A stretch of 64,000 bases of DNA from Candidatus Babeliales bacterium (GCA_963722255.1 CAVRJO010000001.1:832001-896000); one strand, 5' to 3'; positions 20,819 through 31,714 are shown, counted from the stretch's first letter. Made by a program: numbers and translations. Notes: generated from the sequence alone by a model not told the origin.

Positions 20819-22072
20819 GTGAAAATTACCAATGTAAAAGCACGTGAAATTTTTGATTCTCGAGGTATGCCAACTCTTGAGTGCCAAATTTTTCTTGACC
20901 ATGATCATTACGTTTTAGCATCAGTCCCTTCAGGAATGTCAAGGGGTATTCATGAAGCAGTGGAACTACGCGATGGAGGATCACGATTATTTGGTAAAGG
21001 TGTTTTAAAAGCAAGTCAGATTATAGAAACGGTTTTTGCGCCGCAACTTATTGGCACATCTCCAGATCTTTTAGTTATCGATACTTTTATGATTGAGGCG
21101 GATGGAACGGTAAATAAAGCAAAGTATGGTGCAAATAGCATGCTTGCTGTAAGTATGGCTGTTGCAAAGGCACAAGCATTGAGTGAGCATATGGAGCTTT
21201 ATGAATGTATAGCGCATCTTTATGGTGCACAAACGGTAATGCTCCCGTATCCGCTCTTTAATGTAATCAATGGTGGCATTCACGCAGATAATAATCTCTT
21301 TTTTCAAGAATTTATGATTTTGCCTATTGGTGGATCAAATTTTCGAGAGTCGCTTGAATTGGGGGCGCTATTTTTTTATGAACTAAAAGTCTTATTAAAA
21401 AAAACAAACAAACCAATTGTATATGGCGATGAAGGTGGAATTGCATCTTCATTTGAATCAGAATATGAAGCACTCGATATGATAACCGAGGTAATAGCGC
21501 GAATTGGCGATGGCAATCTATTTCGTATAGCTCTTGATGTTGCAGCATCCGAATTTTATAATGTTACAACGCACTGTTATGATTTACATGATGAATTCTT
21601 AACATCAGAAGAACTAGTCGCTTTGTATGCTAAACTTATTCAAACATATCCAATTTTCTCAATTGAAGATGGATTAGCGCAAGATGATTGGCAAGGATGG
21701 ATGCATATGAAGAGCGTTTTGGGTGACACTATTCAGCTTGTTGGTGATGATCTTTTTGCGACTTCTGCTCAAAGAATTAAACATGGCGTTATGGTTGATG
21801 CCGCTAATGCTGTCATTATTAAACCCAATCAGGTGGGAACGATTACTGAAACATTGCAAACTATTCAATTTTGTTTCGAACAGGGTTTAAATACTATCAT
21901 CTCACATCGATCCGGAGAAACAGAAGATACTTTTATTGCTGATTTAGCCGTAGGAACAAGTGCAGGTCAAATAAAAGCCGGTGGTCTTTCTCGTTCAGAG
22001 CGGCTTGCAAAATATAATCGTTTATTACGCATTGAAGATACGTTGTTATCAAGTATGTTGCTCGATGTTTAA
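20819..22072 (+). CDS. eno: Enolase
   Basis: AREIFDSRG, ELRDG, GDEGG, LDVAASE, VGDD, IKPNQ, SHRSGETED, RSERLAKYN. Confidence 0.97.
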   Translation: MKITNVKAREIFDSRGMPTLECQIFLDHDHYVLASVPSGMSRGIHEAVELRDGGSRLFGKGVLKASQIIETVFAPQLIGTSPDLLVIDTFMIEADGTVNKAKYGANSMLAVSMAVAKAQALSEHMELYECIAHLYGAQTVMLPYPLFNVINGGIHADNNLFFQEFMILPIGGSNFRESLELGALFFYELKVLLKKTNKPIVYGDEGGIASSFESEYEALDMITEVIARIGDGNLFRIALDVAASEFYNVTTHCYDLHDEFLTSEELVALYAKLIQTYPIFSIEDGLAQDDWQGWMHMKSVLGDTIQLVGDDLFATSAQRIKHGVMVDAANAVIIKPNQVGTITETLQTIQFCFEQGLNTIISHRSGETEDTFIADLAVGTSAGQIKAGGLSRSERLAKYNRLLRIEDTLLSSMLLDV

Positions 22073-24445
22073 GGGAGCTTCATGCTCTGATAAAGGATTT
22101 TCTTGTCCTCGTATCAAATCTTCAAGTTGCCGTATTTTATCACGTTCTTCGCTATGAATCTTGCCAGGGATTGGAACTTCAGGTCTTTCTGCAATATAGT
22201 CATCAATAACATCATGCGCAAAGTTAGGGTCAGGCTTGAAGAACCAACGTGTAATTGGATCACGTAAATCTTCAAAATTTGAAGACTCTTGAAGATTATT
22301 TTCAGCATAGCACAATTTGCTTTCTGTATAAGGATCATAACCACCACCCAGTCGAGGTTTAATGATTTTGGGACAAATAAAAATCATTAAGTTTGTTTTT
22401 ATTTTCACCTTGTTGCGACGCTTGAAGAACCAACCAAATAAAGGAATCTGACTCAAAAATGGTGTATCGTTTTCAATAGTTTGATCACTAATTTTAACCA
22501 GTCCTCCTAAAGCAAGCACCTCACCATCACCTACATTGGCATTAGTTTGCACCAATCGTGTTGCGCGATTGTTTGCGCTACTTAAAAATTCGTTGACGGT
22601 AATGTTGATTTGAAGATTAATATTTTTTGCACCTTCGCTGATGGTAGGTAAAATATCAATCGCAGTTGCAGCAGTAACATATTCATTTTTTACGGTAATG
22701 GATCCGCCATCACTATTTGCTCCACCAGGTAAAAAACGCTGTTGAGCAAGAGAAATTGTTGCTTGCTTGTTGTCCATAGTTGTAATAAACGGTTGTGTTA
22801 ATATGGTAGTATTTGCGTACTTATCTAAAATTTGTAAAATATTCCAAATTCCGCTTCCATTTGGGTCATTAAAAGAAATTATTAGTGAACCAGGTGTTGA
22901 TTGATTTGCAAAGTTGGCCGTACCATCTAGCTGCAAAAGATTTGCCATCAATGCATTTGCAGGAAATTGATTAACAGTTTGACCAAGTTCATTGGTAATT
23001 CCAGCGGCTGTAATAATTGGGGTTGTAAGATTTGCCGTTTGAAAATTAATGTTATCTGAGACGCTTGTGTTAAAACCACTTTTGTTACGCATTTGCGTTC
23101 CAACGATTTGGTTTTTTTGTGACGTAAGATCAACAACTAAAACTTCTATTGCTACCTGTGGTTGAGGCGTATCAAGTTCTTTTATTAATTTTTTTATACG
23201 TATCCAATCTTCTTTACGTGCAGCAACGAGCAAACGGTTGCCTCCTTGTTGTACGCCTTCTGATTGTGCTGCCTCCGGTTGTCCCTCTACAGCCGTAGGA
23301 GCAATTGTTGCAGCAATGCTTGTTTTTTCAGCTTCAACAATAACATCTTGAAAATATCTACGAGGGCCGGCAGAGACTTGCCCTTGTGATTGAGCTGTGG
23401 TGTCTTGTTTGTTAACTAATTGTTGCAATATGGGAGCAAACTCTTCTGCATTTAAATATTGTAGATCATATAAATGTAGTATTGATTTTCCTGAATCAAG
23501 AGGATGATCGATATATTTTACAATGAATTCTTTAACAATATGAATAGACCGTGTTGTTCCCATAATTACAATGGTGTTTGTGCGATCTAGCGCAAGAACC
23601 TTGGTGTTCGGTGGAAAATAGGTGCTTGATTTTATGGGTGCTTCGCGTGCAACACCCGGAGTAACAGGTACTTGTGCTGTTGCAAGAAGCTTTTTGAATA
23701 GCTCTTCGATAAAAGTTGCTTGCACATGAAATAGAGGAATTACTTGAATATCGTCAGGAATCCCTTCAAGATCAAGTTGTCGAATTATCGTCATTGCAGC
23801 ACGTATGATATTTGATTTATCAATAAGGATCAATGCATTTGTTTTAGCATCAGTTTTAATGACCGCAGTAGGTGAAAGCATTCCTGTTGGTGCTTTTAAA
23901 ATTTGATCTAAAGGACTATTAGGATCGGTAACTTTTAAATTAGAAAGATAAAATACTGCTTGAATGACTTGTCCAGTTTCCGGCAAATCTTCTAAAGGAG
24001 GATTTATATAGAGTGGAAGTGGTTCACGTTGAATGTTTTGATCGATTTTTAAAAGAGTCAATTGATCATTTTTAAGTTCCCAACTATAACCAATAAAATC
24101 AAGAATTCTACCTAGTTCTTGCCATGCTTGATCGAGTGTAACTTTGTAGGGAAGTGAAAATTTAACTTTTGCTGAAAGCGCTTGGGACCCCTGAGGTAAA
24201 AGCACATTGACTTTCTTTTCTGCTGCGAGTTCATTAATGATGTCTATGAGAGCAACATCTTGATAGTTAAATGAATATTTCTTTTCAAAACTTTTTGATT
24301 CAGGTTGCTCTTGAGTAACTGATTCTAAGGTAGGTTTTATATTGAGTTTTTCCTCAAGTAGTTGTTTTATTGATTCTTCAGGTTGCGCATCAACCTTGAC
24401 AAAGGTATTCAATAAAAGGAGCATTAAAACTATTTTTAAAACCAT
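22049..24445 (-). CDS. gspD: Type II secretion secretin GspD (copy 2)
   Basis: Signal peptide, N0/N-domain repeats (LQYLNAEE), LDTPQPQVAIEVLVV, ALGGL, TPFLSQIPLFGWFFK, NLMIFICPKII. Confidence 0.9.
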   Translation of the reverse strand: MVLKIVLMLLLLNTFVKVDAQPEESIKQLLEEKLNIKPTLESVTQEQPESKSFEKKYSFNYQDVALIDIINELAAEKKVNVLLPQGSQALSAKVKFSLPYKVTLDQAWQELGRILDFIGYSWELKNDQLTLLKIDQNIQREPLPLYINPPLEDLPETGQVIQAVFYLSNLKVTDPNSPLDQILKAPTGMLSPTAVIKTDAKTNALILIDKSNIIRAAMTIIRQLDLEGIPDDIQVIPLFHVQATFIEELFKKLLATAQVPVTPGVAREAPIKSSTYFPPNTKVLALDRTNTIVIMGTTRSIHIVKEFIVKYIDHPLDSGKSILHLYDLQYLNAEEFAPILQQLVNKQDTTAQSQGQVSAGPRRYFQDVIVEAEKTSIAATIAPTAVEGQPEAAQSEGVQQGGNRLLVAARKEDWIRIKKLIKELDTPQPQVAIEVLVVDLTSQKNQIVGTQMRNKSGFNTSVSDNINFQTANLTTPIITAAGITNELGQTVNQFPANALMANLLQLDGTANFANQSTPGSLIISFNDPNGSGIWNILQILDKYANTTILTQPFITTMDNKQATISLAQQRFLPGGANSDGGSITVKNEYVTAATAIDILPTISEGAKNINLQINITVNEFLSSANNRATRLVQTNANVGDGEVLALGGLVKISDQTIENDTPFLSQIPLFGWFFKRRNKVKIKTNLMIFICPKIIKPRLGGGYDPYTESKLCYAENNLQESSNFEDLRDPITRWFFKPDPNFAHDVIDDYIAERPEVPIPGKIHSEERDKIRQLEDLIRGQENPLSEHEAPLNIEQHT

Positions 24446-24454
24446 GGTTATTTT

Positions 24455-25021
24455 TTACTCCGATTTCTGTAATTCTTGCTTTGGTTCTAGCGTAGCAATC
24501 GTAATTTTTACGTTAATAGCTTGAGGTTTTTTTGCTTTTTCTATTTCAAGTTCTTTTGTATAAATTCTTTCTTCTTGTTCAATAGCATAGAGCAATTCAC
24601 TTAATTTTTTTGTATTCAAGTTAGCAAGATTCGCGTAAAGTGTCCATTCGGTATATCCATCAAGCACGTCTTTAGGTAATGTTTCCGGTTCTTGAGCCTT
24701 GTTTGAAGCGATGCCCAACCTTTCAAGAAGATTTTCAAAATATTGTGCAATTTTAAAACTTTTATCTTTTGCTAAAATTGTATTTACTTCTACTTGTTGC
24801 TTTTTGACACGTTCATAGCGTTCAAGCATATTTTGAACATCTTTTCTTTTTTTATTTATAGCACTAATTTTTGATTTAAGCTGTCCTGCAGAGCGATAGT
24901 AGGTAACAATAAGAAGCCCTAAAAGTAGTATAATGCAACTTAAAGCGATCAGAGCATATTTTTTAAAATCTTTTGCATCAAGAGTATCAAGATAATTTTT
25001 AATGCTGAGGATGAAGTTCAT
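24455..25021 (-). CDS. gspM: GspM/PilO-like inner-membrane platform protein
   Basis: Single TM, coiled coil, and a ferredoxin-like C-terminal pattern; immediately after the gspL-like gene. Confidence 0.65.
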   Translation of the reverse strand: MNFILSIKNYLDTLDAKDFKKYALIALSCIILLLGLLIVTYYRSAGQLKSKISAINKKRKDVQNMLERYERVKKQQVEVNTILAKDKSFKIAQYFENLLERLGIASNKAQEPETLPKDVLDGYTEWTLYANLANLNTKKLSELLYAIEQEERIYTKELEIEKAKKPQAINVKITIATLEPKQELQKSE

Positions 25022-26652
25022 TGTTCATCTCCATTTTTTTTCAATGGTAACGTAATGATAAATTTTGGAGCTTGCAGACTTGCAATAGAACTAAACAAAT
25101 TTGATCGTTTAAGTTCTTTTTCTAATATTTTTAAAGCATCAAAATCTCGAACTTCACCATCGAGTATAATATTTCTTGGTTCCTCAGTGATGCTTAATTT
25201 TTTTAGATTAAGCCCGGTGGCTTCGCGATCAATTGCTGCAGTAAGATCTTGCAAGTATTTCAAAAATGAAAAACGCGTTTGGCTTGAGAATGCAAACCAA
25301 ATTGTTTCTTCTTGTTTCACTTTTTCTTCAGATTTTTTTAATGCTTCAGTCAAGGATTTTGCGGTCGTTAATCCACGGTGTTTAAGCGTGGAAACAATTG
25401 CGATTTCATAATTTTTTAAGGCTTTTTTGAGCGTTCCCAGTTGCCAATAGGTATAAAAGAGAATACCTGCAAAGGTGAGCACAATAAGCGAAAGCGCAGT
25501 AAAAAGTTGTCGATAAAAAAGCCCTGAATCAACAATTGAAAATTCATGTCTTCTTAAATTAAAATTTTCAACAGTTGGGGTAATAAGCGCTGTACTTAAA
25601 CTTAAGATGGAAGACTGAGGGATTCTGTTTCCACTTTTTAAGGTTATGAAGTCAGTTTTTAATAGTTCATTGCTATCAAAAAGGTTACAGGTGATTCCTA
25701 ATTGTTGTGTAAAAAATTGTGGTAGGTTAGCAATATCAGAACCTTGGCCTAAAAGAAGAATCTCTTTTATCTTATTTTCAGTTTTAGTTTGCGCCGTAAA
25801 AGAATCAAGAGTGAATTTAATTTCATTTAAGAACGATGATAATGCTTCTTTGATTGCATCATTAAAGGGTTGATCATTATTGTGATTAAAGCCAAACCTA
25901 ATAATTTTTTCTAAGGCATCATTTGAATTTATACTATTTTTTTGCGCTACTTGTTTAGCCCATTGCAACAATCCTTTTGCAAGTGTTCGTACAAGAGTTA
26001 ATTTTCCATCTACAATGAAGGCGATGCGTGTTACATTAAAACCAATATCAATGAGCGCATAGTTTCCTGTCGCGTCTTTATATTTTGGAATGCATTTATA
26101 AAGTCCATAAAGATCAAAGAGATCGACCGTAATGGTTGTAGGACTTACACCTGCTTGTTCAAAATAGCTTATATGTTCTGCAATATGTTCTTTTTTAACT
26201 GCTGCAGCTAATATAACCGATGATTGTTGTGCAGGATTGCTTTGAGTGATAATAAAATCGATAATGGTTTGGTTAATGGGAAAAGGTAAAAAGGGTTCAA
26301 TTTCGTAATTGATAACCATGCTAATTTTTTCAGGATCTGAAAAAGGAAGTGTTAATTCTTTGAATATAGCAATTGAGCTTGAGATGGATGTTCGTAATGC
26401 ATCATAGCGATCAACTTTGGTTAAAATAGTAGCAATGGTTTTAGAAACGCGTTCAGCATAAGGAGCGGTTGCTTCTAATTCTAAAGGCTGATCGATGAAC
26501 TTTTCGAGCGTAACTTTTTTCCCATGTAATAAGAGTTGTGTAACATGAATAGTTGTTTTACCTATATCAAAGCCTAAAATTCGCTGTTTAACCAGATAAT
26601 ATGAACCTACTTTTTTGGGGATTAAAACATCAGTAATTAAGCGACCAATCAT
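25018..26652 (-). CDS. gspL: GspL / PilM-PilN-like protein (actin-like cytoplasmic domain, TM, periplasmic domain)
   Basis: ILGFDIG and ALIDIGFNVT actin-fold motifs, LTLPF, C-terminal IILDGEVRDFDAL; lies between two secretins. Confidence 0.8.
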   Translation of the reverse strand: MIGRLITDVLIPKKVGSYYLVKQRILGFDIGKTTIHVTQLLLHGKKVTLEKFIDQPLELEATAPYAERVSKTIATILTKVDRYDALRTSISSSIAIFKELTLPFSDPEKISMVINYEIEPFLPFPINQTIIDFIITQSNPAQQSSVILAAAVKKEHIAEHISYFEQAGVSPTTITVDLFDLYGLYKCIPKYKDATGNYALIDIGFNVTRIAFIVDGKLTLVRTLAKGLLQWAKQVAQKNSINSNDALEKIIRFGFNHNNDQPFNDAIKEALSSFLNEIKFTLDSFTAQTKTENKIKEILLLGQGSDIANLPQFFTQQLGITCNLFDSNELLKTDFITLKSGNRIPQSSILSLSTALITPTVENFNLRRHEFSIVDSGLFYRQLFTALSLIVLTFAGILFYTYWQLGTLKKALKNYEIAIVSTLKHRGLTTAKSLTEALKKSEEKVKQEETIWFAFSSQTRFSFLKYLQDLTAAIDREATGLNLKKLSITEEPRNIILDGEVRDFDALKILEKELKRSNLFSSIASLQAPKFIITLPLKKNGDEQ

Positions 26653-29474
26653 CCGACAACCTCCTTAGTTTCCGGTAAAAAATCTGTGATCGACTGTTTC
26701 CTTTTGAGCGTTTTCTGATTTTTAAGCTTTGCTTGTGCGATTGAAGCTATTTTTGTTTCATCAGGAGAACCATTTTGTTTATTAGTAGTACAAAGAGGTA
26801 TACATTCTGTAGTAGCTCGCTTTCTAATTGGTGCATATTCACTTTCAGGACATTGGCTGATTGGTTGGCATGGACGAGGATTTTCAGGTTCACAAAGTTG
26901 TGTTACATGATCATCCGGCCCTGGAGGACAACAGCGACATCCTCCAATACAATCGGCGTAATTATTTGGACACACAAGAGGAGGACATATTGCTGCCATC
27001 TGCGCAGCGATAGAATCTTCTTCATATTCCTGGCCCGTACGGCAGTTGTATGCAAGTGGCATTGAGCAAGCGCTTACATTATTGATATAGTTTTCAACGA
27101 TTTCTGTATTTTCGCATGGCGTATCTTTGAAGAACCAACGATGAATAGGATCTCGCTGTTCAGAACAATCCTTCATAGAGCACATAACGTCTTCAGCTTC
27201 CGAAGCTTTCTTTTCAGTGTATGCGCTCATCCCACCTTGAGGACGTGGTTGAACTATTTGTGGAGAAATAAAAATAATTAAATTGTCTTTTAATTTATTT
27301 TTATACTTATTTTTAAAGAACCAACCGAATAATGGTATGCGTTGCAAAAGTGGCACACCATTCTGAAGCTCGTTAATATTGTCTTGTATAAGTCCACCAA
27401 TTGCTAAAATCTCATTGTTGGCCATATTTGCATTAGTTTTAACCGTTTTTGTATCTTTAGTAGGGTTTATTGCATCGGCATTAGTGAAGGTATCAAGACT
27501 TATTTCAATAGCAAGATTAATAATGCCGCTGCTGTTTATTTGCGGTGTGATAGCAACCGAAAGATTAGCCGATACGTCGCCAAGAGTATTCTGAACAGGT
27601 CCTGCACCGGTTACTGTTCCCGTAGCAACACGACGGGTTTCACCAACAGAAACTTGCGCTGTGTATTTATTGGTGGTTGTTAAAAATGGATGCGATACAA
27701 CGCTGGTATACGCATAGGTTTCAAGCGCTTGAAAGAGCGCCCAAACGCCACCAACTAAGCTGCTGCCTATTGAAATTAATGTTGTCCCGGGGTTAAATCC
27801 TGTTGCTAAACTAACCAGATTGCCCATGAGGCCCCCCGCAGGATCAGTAACGATCGAAGTCTGAAGTCCAGGAACGCCTAAGCCAGAGGTTTGAAATGCA
27901 ATATTATCAGTAATTCCAAGTGTGTCTAAACGCTTATTGCGAATTTGTGTTCCAAGAGATTTAATTTTGTTAACAGCAACATTAACAATGAGTACTTCAA
28001 TCGCAACCTGCGGTTGTTTTACGTCCAATTTTTTTATGATTTCTTCTACTTTTAAGTAATCATCTTTTTCTGCTTTGATTAACAGTTTATTTCCCGAAGG
28101 TTCAGCGATAAAGGTCATTGGGCGCAAAAATTTATCTCCATCAAGAACTCCACCATATTTAGCTGCAACACTGCCTGGTGCAAAATTTGTAACTTTGCTT
28201 AAAATTGCAGCCATATTTTCAGCATTCGCATATTGCAATTTATAAACATAAAGAGGCGAATAAGGCTGCTTGAGGGAAGTGTCAACATATTCAAGAATGA
28301 AATTTTCAACTTTTTCTATACCTTCTCTAGTTCCCAAAATGATTAAGGCATTTCCACGAGGCTCAGCAAATAATCGAGTATCTTCAGGAAAATAGATGGA
28401 TGTTGATTGCTTTTTTTGACCAAAGAGCCTTGTTGCTATGGTAGATTTTTCTTCGGTAGATACGAGATTATCATAGAGTGCTACGACATCTTGGGCGTTT
28501 GCATGTTTTAGTTTTAAAACAGACATACCTTCTGGCATGCTAACGCTATCAAGTTCTGAAATGATTGACATGAGGGAACGAATATTGGCTGCTTTATCGG
28601 TAAAAATTATCGCATTTAAGGCATTGAAAGTTTGAACAATTGCTGTTTTGCTTTTAAGATCTTGAACGAGATTGGCAAGGTTTGCAGCAGGACCATTTTC
28701 AACAAAATAGACGTAGCGAATTTTAGTATCATTGTTTGGCAATAATTTCCAATTTATTCCAACAAATGCAGGCAAAGCTGCTTGATTTGCAATATCTAAG
28801 GGAACTACATTGTATGAGTCGGGAAAATTATTGGTAAAATGAGTAGGTACGAGCGTTAATCCAAAAAGATCAAGAAAGTTTAAGAAAAGATCCCAAACAT
28901 TTCGTTTGCTCATGGGCTCATGTGTTCTATACGTTATTAGGTTTCCTGCGACTTTTCCTGCCACAGGTGGATTGATTGCATCACCGGTAAGAAATTTAAC
29001 TTTAAAAATAGATTCGACCCACCCAAGAAGATTGAGAAGCTCTGTTTTATCAAGATTAACCGATATAGTTTTTTCTGAAGGATTAAATGCTTCAAAAGGC
29101 ATAAGAGATGAAGGGTTTCTTAACAAATGCTCTTCAGTATCTTCTCGCGATTTAAATGATGAAGCAAGATCTTGTTGTGAGATTGAAATGTTTTTGGGAA
29201 TGTCCATTTCATTTGGGACTTTATCTATTTTTTTGGGTTGAGCAGTTTGTGGTAATGGATCTTCAAAGCCTTTATTGTTTCGCTGTAATCGTTCTTGCTT
29301 TGAAACTCTTCTTTTTTTAACGCGACCATTATCTTTTGTGGAACCTGATGAAGATAACGTAGGTTCTGATGCCATAGTGTTGTTCATCGTAGGCAAACAG
29401 AGAAAAATAAGCACCAAGAATGTATTGCCAAGAGCTTTATAATAATTTCTAACGTTCATGTATCTTTTCCACAT
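26649..29474 (-). CDS. gspD: Type II secretion secretin GspD (copy 1) with Cys-rich C-terminal extension
   Basis: LKHANA and LQYANA N-domains, LDVKQPQVAIEVLIV, AIGGLI, VPLLQRIPLFGWFFK, NLIIFISPQIV. Confidence 0.9.
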   Translation of the reverse strand: MWKRYMNVRNYYKALGNTFLVLIFLCLPTMNNTMASEPTLSSSGSTKDNGRVKKRRVSKQERLQRNNKGFEDPLPQTAQPKKIDKVPNEMDIPKNISISQQDLASSFKSREDTEEHLLRNPSSLMPFEAFNPSEKTISVNLDKTELLNLLGWVESIFKVKFLTGDAINPPVAGKVAGNLITYRTHEPMSKRNVWDLFLNFLDLFGLTLVPTHFTNNFPDSYNVVPLDIANQAALPAFVGINWKLLPNNDTKIRYVYFVENGPAANLANLVQDLKSKTAIVQTFNALNAIIFTDKAANIRSLMSIISELDSVSMPEGMSVLKLKHANAQDVVALYDNLVSTEEKSTIATRLFGQKKQSTSIYFPEDTRLFAEPRGNALIILGTREGIEKVENFILEYVDTSLKQPYSPLYVYKLQYANAENMAAILSKVTNFAPGSVAAKYGGVLDGDKFLRPMTFIAEPSGNKLLIKAEKDDYLKVEEIIKKLDVKQPQVAIEVLIVNVAVNKIKSLGTQIRNKRLDTLGITDNIAFQTSGLGVPGLQTSIVTDPAGGLMGNLVSLATGFNPGTTLISIGSSLVGGVWALFQALETYAYTSVVSHPFLTTTNKYTAQVSVGETRRVATGTVTGAGPVQNTLGDVSANLSVAITPQINSSGIINLAIEISLDTFTNADAINPTKDTKTVKTNANMANNEILAIGGLIQDNINELQNGVPLLQRIPLFGWFFKNKYKNKLKDNLIIFISPQIVQPRPQGGMSAYTEKKASEAEDVMCSMKDCSEQRDPIHRWFFKDTPCENTEIVENYINNVSACSMPLAYNCRTGQEYEEDSIAAQMAAICPPLVCPNNYADCIGGCRCCPPGPDDHVTQLCEPENPRPCQPISQCPESEYAPIRKRATTECIPLCTTNKQNGSPDETKIASIAQAKLKNQKTLKRKQSITDFLPETKEVVG

Positions 29475-30598
29475 TATGCTTGATGGTTAAGGAGCATATT
29501 TAAGTTTCTCCTGTCTCGATTTCCATAATTTACCATCTCACGTTTTTGTTGCATTTTCAACTGATCTAATGTTGGCGCAAACTGTTTTTGTTTGCGCAAG
29601 AGGTCAATTTTTTCTGCCTCTATTTCTTGTAATGATTTTTCTTTACCCAATATAGTTTGCGTTTCAACCGTTGGTTCTTCCAACTGTTGCAGTGTATACG
29701 TTATGTTTATTTCTTGTTGATTACGCAGAAGGGTTACTTCGATGGTACTTCCAAGATCCATTGAAATTATTTTTTGATAAATTTCAAAACGCGAATCAGT
29801 TGTTGTAGCGGGTATTGCATTTATTGATTCGATAATATCGCCTGTTTGCAATCCCAGAGCAATTCCAATTGTTTTTGGTTGTAACGTACCAATTCGGCAT
29901 CCAATGCTTTGTCCTTTTTTGTAAACAGTGAATAAATTGAGCGTCTCAATAAGTTCAGCTAAGTTAGGAATCGACTGAATAAATGCACGAGGATCAACAA
30001 GATAATCAAATGGCCCTTTCTTTTGAACAACAGAAGACCAATTTGCTCGTGATTGCATTTGCTGATCGATTTCAGCATCATACTGATTTACATAAAGGGT
30101 CTCTTGTTGGCCATTTGAGCGTACTAAAATAATTTTATTGGTGAAAATTCTTATGAGTTGTGCATCATCGATTCTATCACCTACGATATAGTTTTTCGTG
30201 ATTGAATTCTTACTGTCTTGAATAATGGCAATATTTTCAGATTCATCTGAAAGAGTAATTATTCCCTTAAGAACAATCTGTAAAGGTTCTAAAAACTTAG
30301 GAGGCAATGCAAGAGGGACTTTTACCGGTTGAGGAGTTGGTGGTTCAGGCATAGTAATTTTTTGAACCTCTTTTTCTTCCTCTTTTAATTCCTGTGGTTT
30401 GTATGTTTCAAAAAGATCATTGATATAAATTTTACTTAAATCAATTTTTGAAACAGCTTTTTTCGGTAATTTTATTTCCATTTTTGATGTTAAAGGTACT
30501 GGGGTAGGAACTTTTTGTTGTGAAATAAACATGAACCCTACAATCGTTATGAAAACAATAAAAAGTATATCATTAACGAGCCAAAAGGGATGTTTCAT
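29474..30598 (-). CDS. gspC: Type II secretion protein GspC (HR + PDZ domains)
   Basis: N-terminal TM, LKGII...AII HR domain, PDZ motif LGLQTGDIIESIN; directly upstream of gspD. Confidence 0.85.
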   Translation of the reverse strand: MKHPFWLVNDILFIVFITIVGFMFISQQKVPTPVPLTSKMEIKLPKKAVSKIDLSKIYINDLFETYKPQELKEEEKEVQKITMPEPPTPQPVKVPLALPPKFLEPLQIVLKGIITLSDESENIAIIQDSKNSITKNYIVGDRIDDAQLIRIFTNKIILVRSNGQQETLYVNQYDAEIDQQMQSRANWSSVVQKKGPFDYLVDPRAFIQSIPNLAELIETLNLFTVYKKGQSIGCRIGTLQPKTIGIALGLQTGDIIESINAIPATTTDSRFEIYQKIISMDLGSTIEVTLLRNQQEINITYTLQQLEEPTVETQTILGKEKSLQEIEAEKIDLLRKQKQFAPTLDQLKMQQKREMVNYGNRDRRNLNMLLNHQA

Positions 30599-30727
30599 TA
30601 AGCTTTCCTTTTTTAAATTTTATTTTCAAACAATAACCTTGTTGGGTTAGGTTTGTCAAGCGGAAATTTAAGATTCTTGAGGCGTTGTCAGCTAAATGAA
30701 AAGTGAGAAAATGCATATTAATAACAC

Positions 30728-31714
30728 CTATGGCGTAGGAATGGTGTTAAGAATTATGCGAACAATATCATCCGATTCAATTGCTTGACTTTCGGCCTCG
30801 TAGGTCAGAATAATTCTATGTCTTAATATTGGCAATGCTACAGCTTTAATATCATCAGGAGTTACAAAATATCTTTTTTTCAGAAAAGCATGCGCTTGAG
30901 CCGCATTGATAAGAGCAATAGTTGCGCGCGGTGAAACACCATATTTTATCAAGTTTTTGAGTTGATTAAGATTAAATAATTCTGGGGTTCTCGTTGCAAA
31001 GACAAGCGCTATGCAATAATTATAAATTTTTTCATCAATATATATATCTTTAATAAGCCGTTGCTGAGTCAAAATTTCTTCATGAGAAATTTGCTGTGTA
31101 ATGGGCAGTTCAAGATGAGTCTTTTTAACAATCTCTTTTTCTTGTTCCATTGTTGGGTAGGTGACGAGGAGCTTAAACATGAAGCGATCGATTTGAGCTT
31201 CAGGTAGTCGATAAGTGCCTTCTTGTTCTACGGGATTTTGAGTAGCAAACACCAAAAATGGTTTTTCAAGATTAAAGGTTGTAGATCCAATAGTAACTTG
31301 TTGCTCTTGCATTGCTTCAAGAAGTGCTGCTTGCACCTTTGCCGGAGCCCGATTAATTTCATCAGCTAAAATTAAATTTGCAAAAATAGGGCCTTTTTTT
31401 GTTTCAAAATCTTGAGTTTTTTGATTATAAATTAAAGTCCCAATTAGATCTGCCGGAAGAAGATCTGGTGTAAATTGAATTCGTTTGAATGAAAGGCCCA
31501 ATGCTTTTGTTATGGCTTTAATCATAGTTGTTTTTGCAACTCCAGGAACTCCCTCAAGAAGGACATGGCCATTGCAAAGAATGCTTATAAGAATAAAGGT
31601 GATAATATCTTCATGACCAACAATAACTTTGCTTACTTCGTGAGCTATGTTGGTAAATTTTTTTTCTTCTTTAATGTGTTCTGCAAGGGTAACGCTTGAA
31701 ACATGTGCTTCCAT
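30728..31714 (-). CDS. moxR: MoxR-family AAA+ ATPase
   Basis: HVLLEGVPGVAKT, RIQFTPDLLPAD, LADEINRAPAKVQAALLEAM, ATQNP, DRF, SPRA. Confidence 0.95.
   Translation of the reverse strand: MEAHVSSVTLAEHIKEEKKFTNIAHEVSKVIVGHEDIITFILISILCNGHVLLEGVPGVAKTTMIKAITKALGLSFKRIQFTPDLLPADLIGTLIYNQKTQDFETKKGPIFANLILADEINRAPAKVQAALLEAMQEQQVTIGSTTFNLEKPFLVFATQNPVEQEGTYRLPEAQIDRFMFKLLVTYPTMEQEKEIVKKTHLELPITQQISHEEILTQQRLIKDIYIDEKIYNYCIALVFATRTPELFNLNQLKNLIKYGVSPRATIALINAAQAHAFLKKRYFVTPDDIKAVALPILRHRIILTYEAESQAIESDDIVRIILNTIPTP

Noticed and set aside
22049..22072. 24-bp 3' overlap of convergent eno and gspD2
   Set aside because: Short tail-to-tail overlaps are common in compact genomes; no evidence of a regulatory role.
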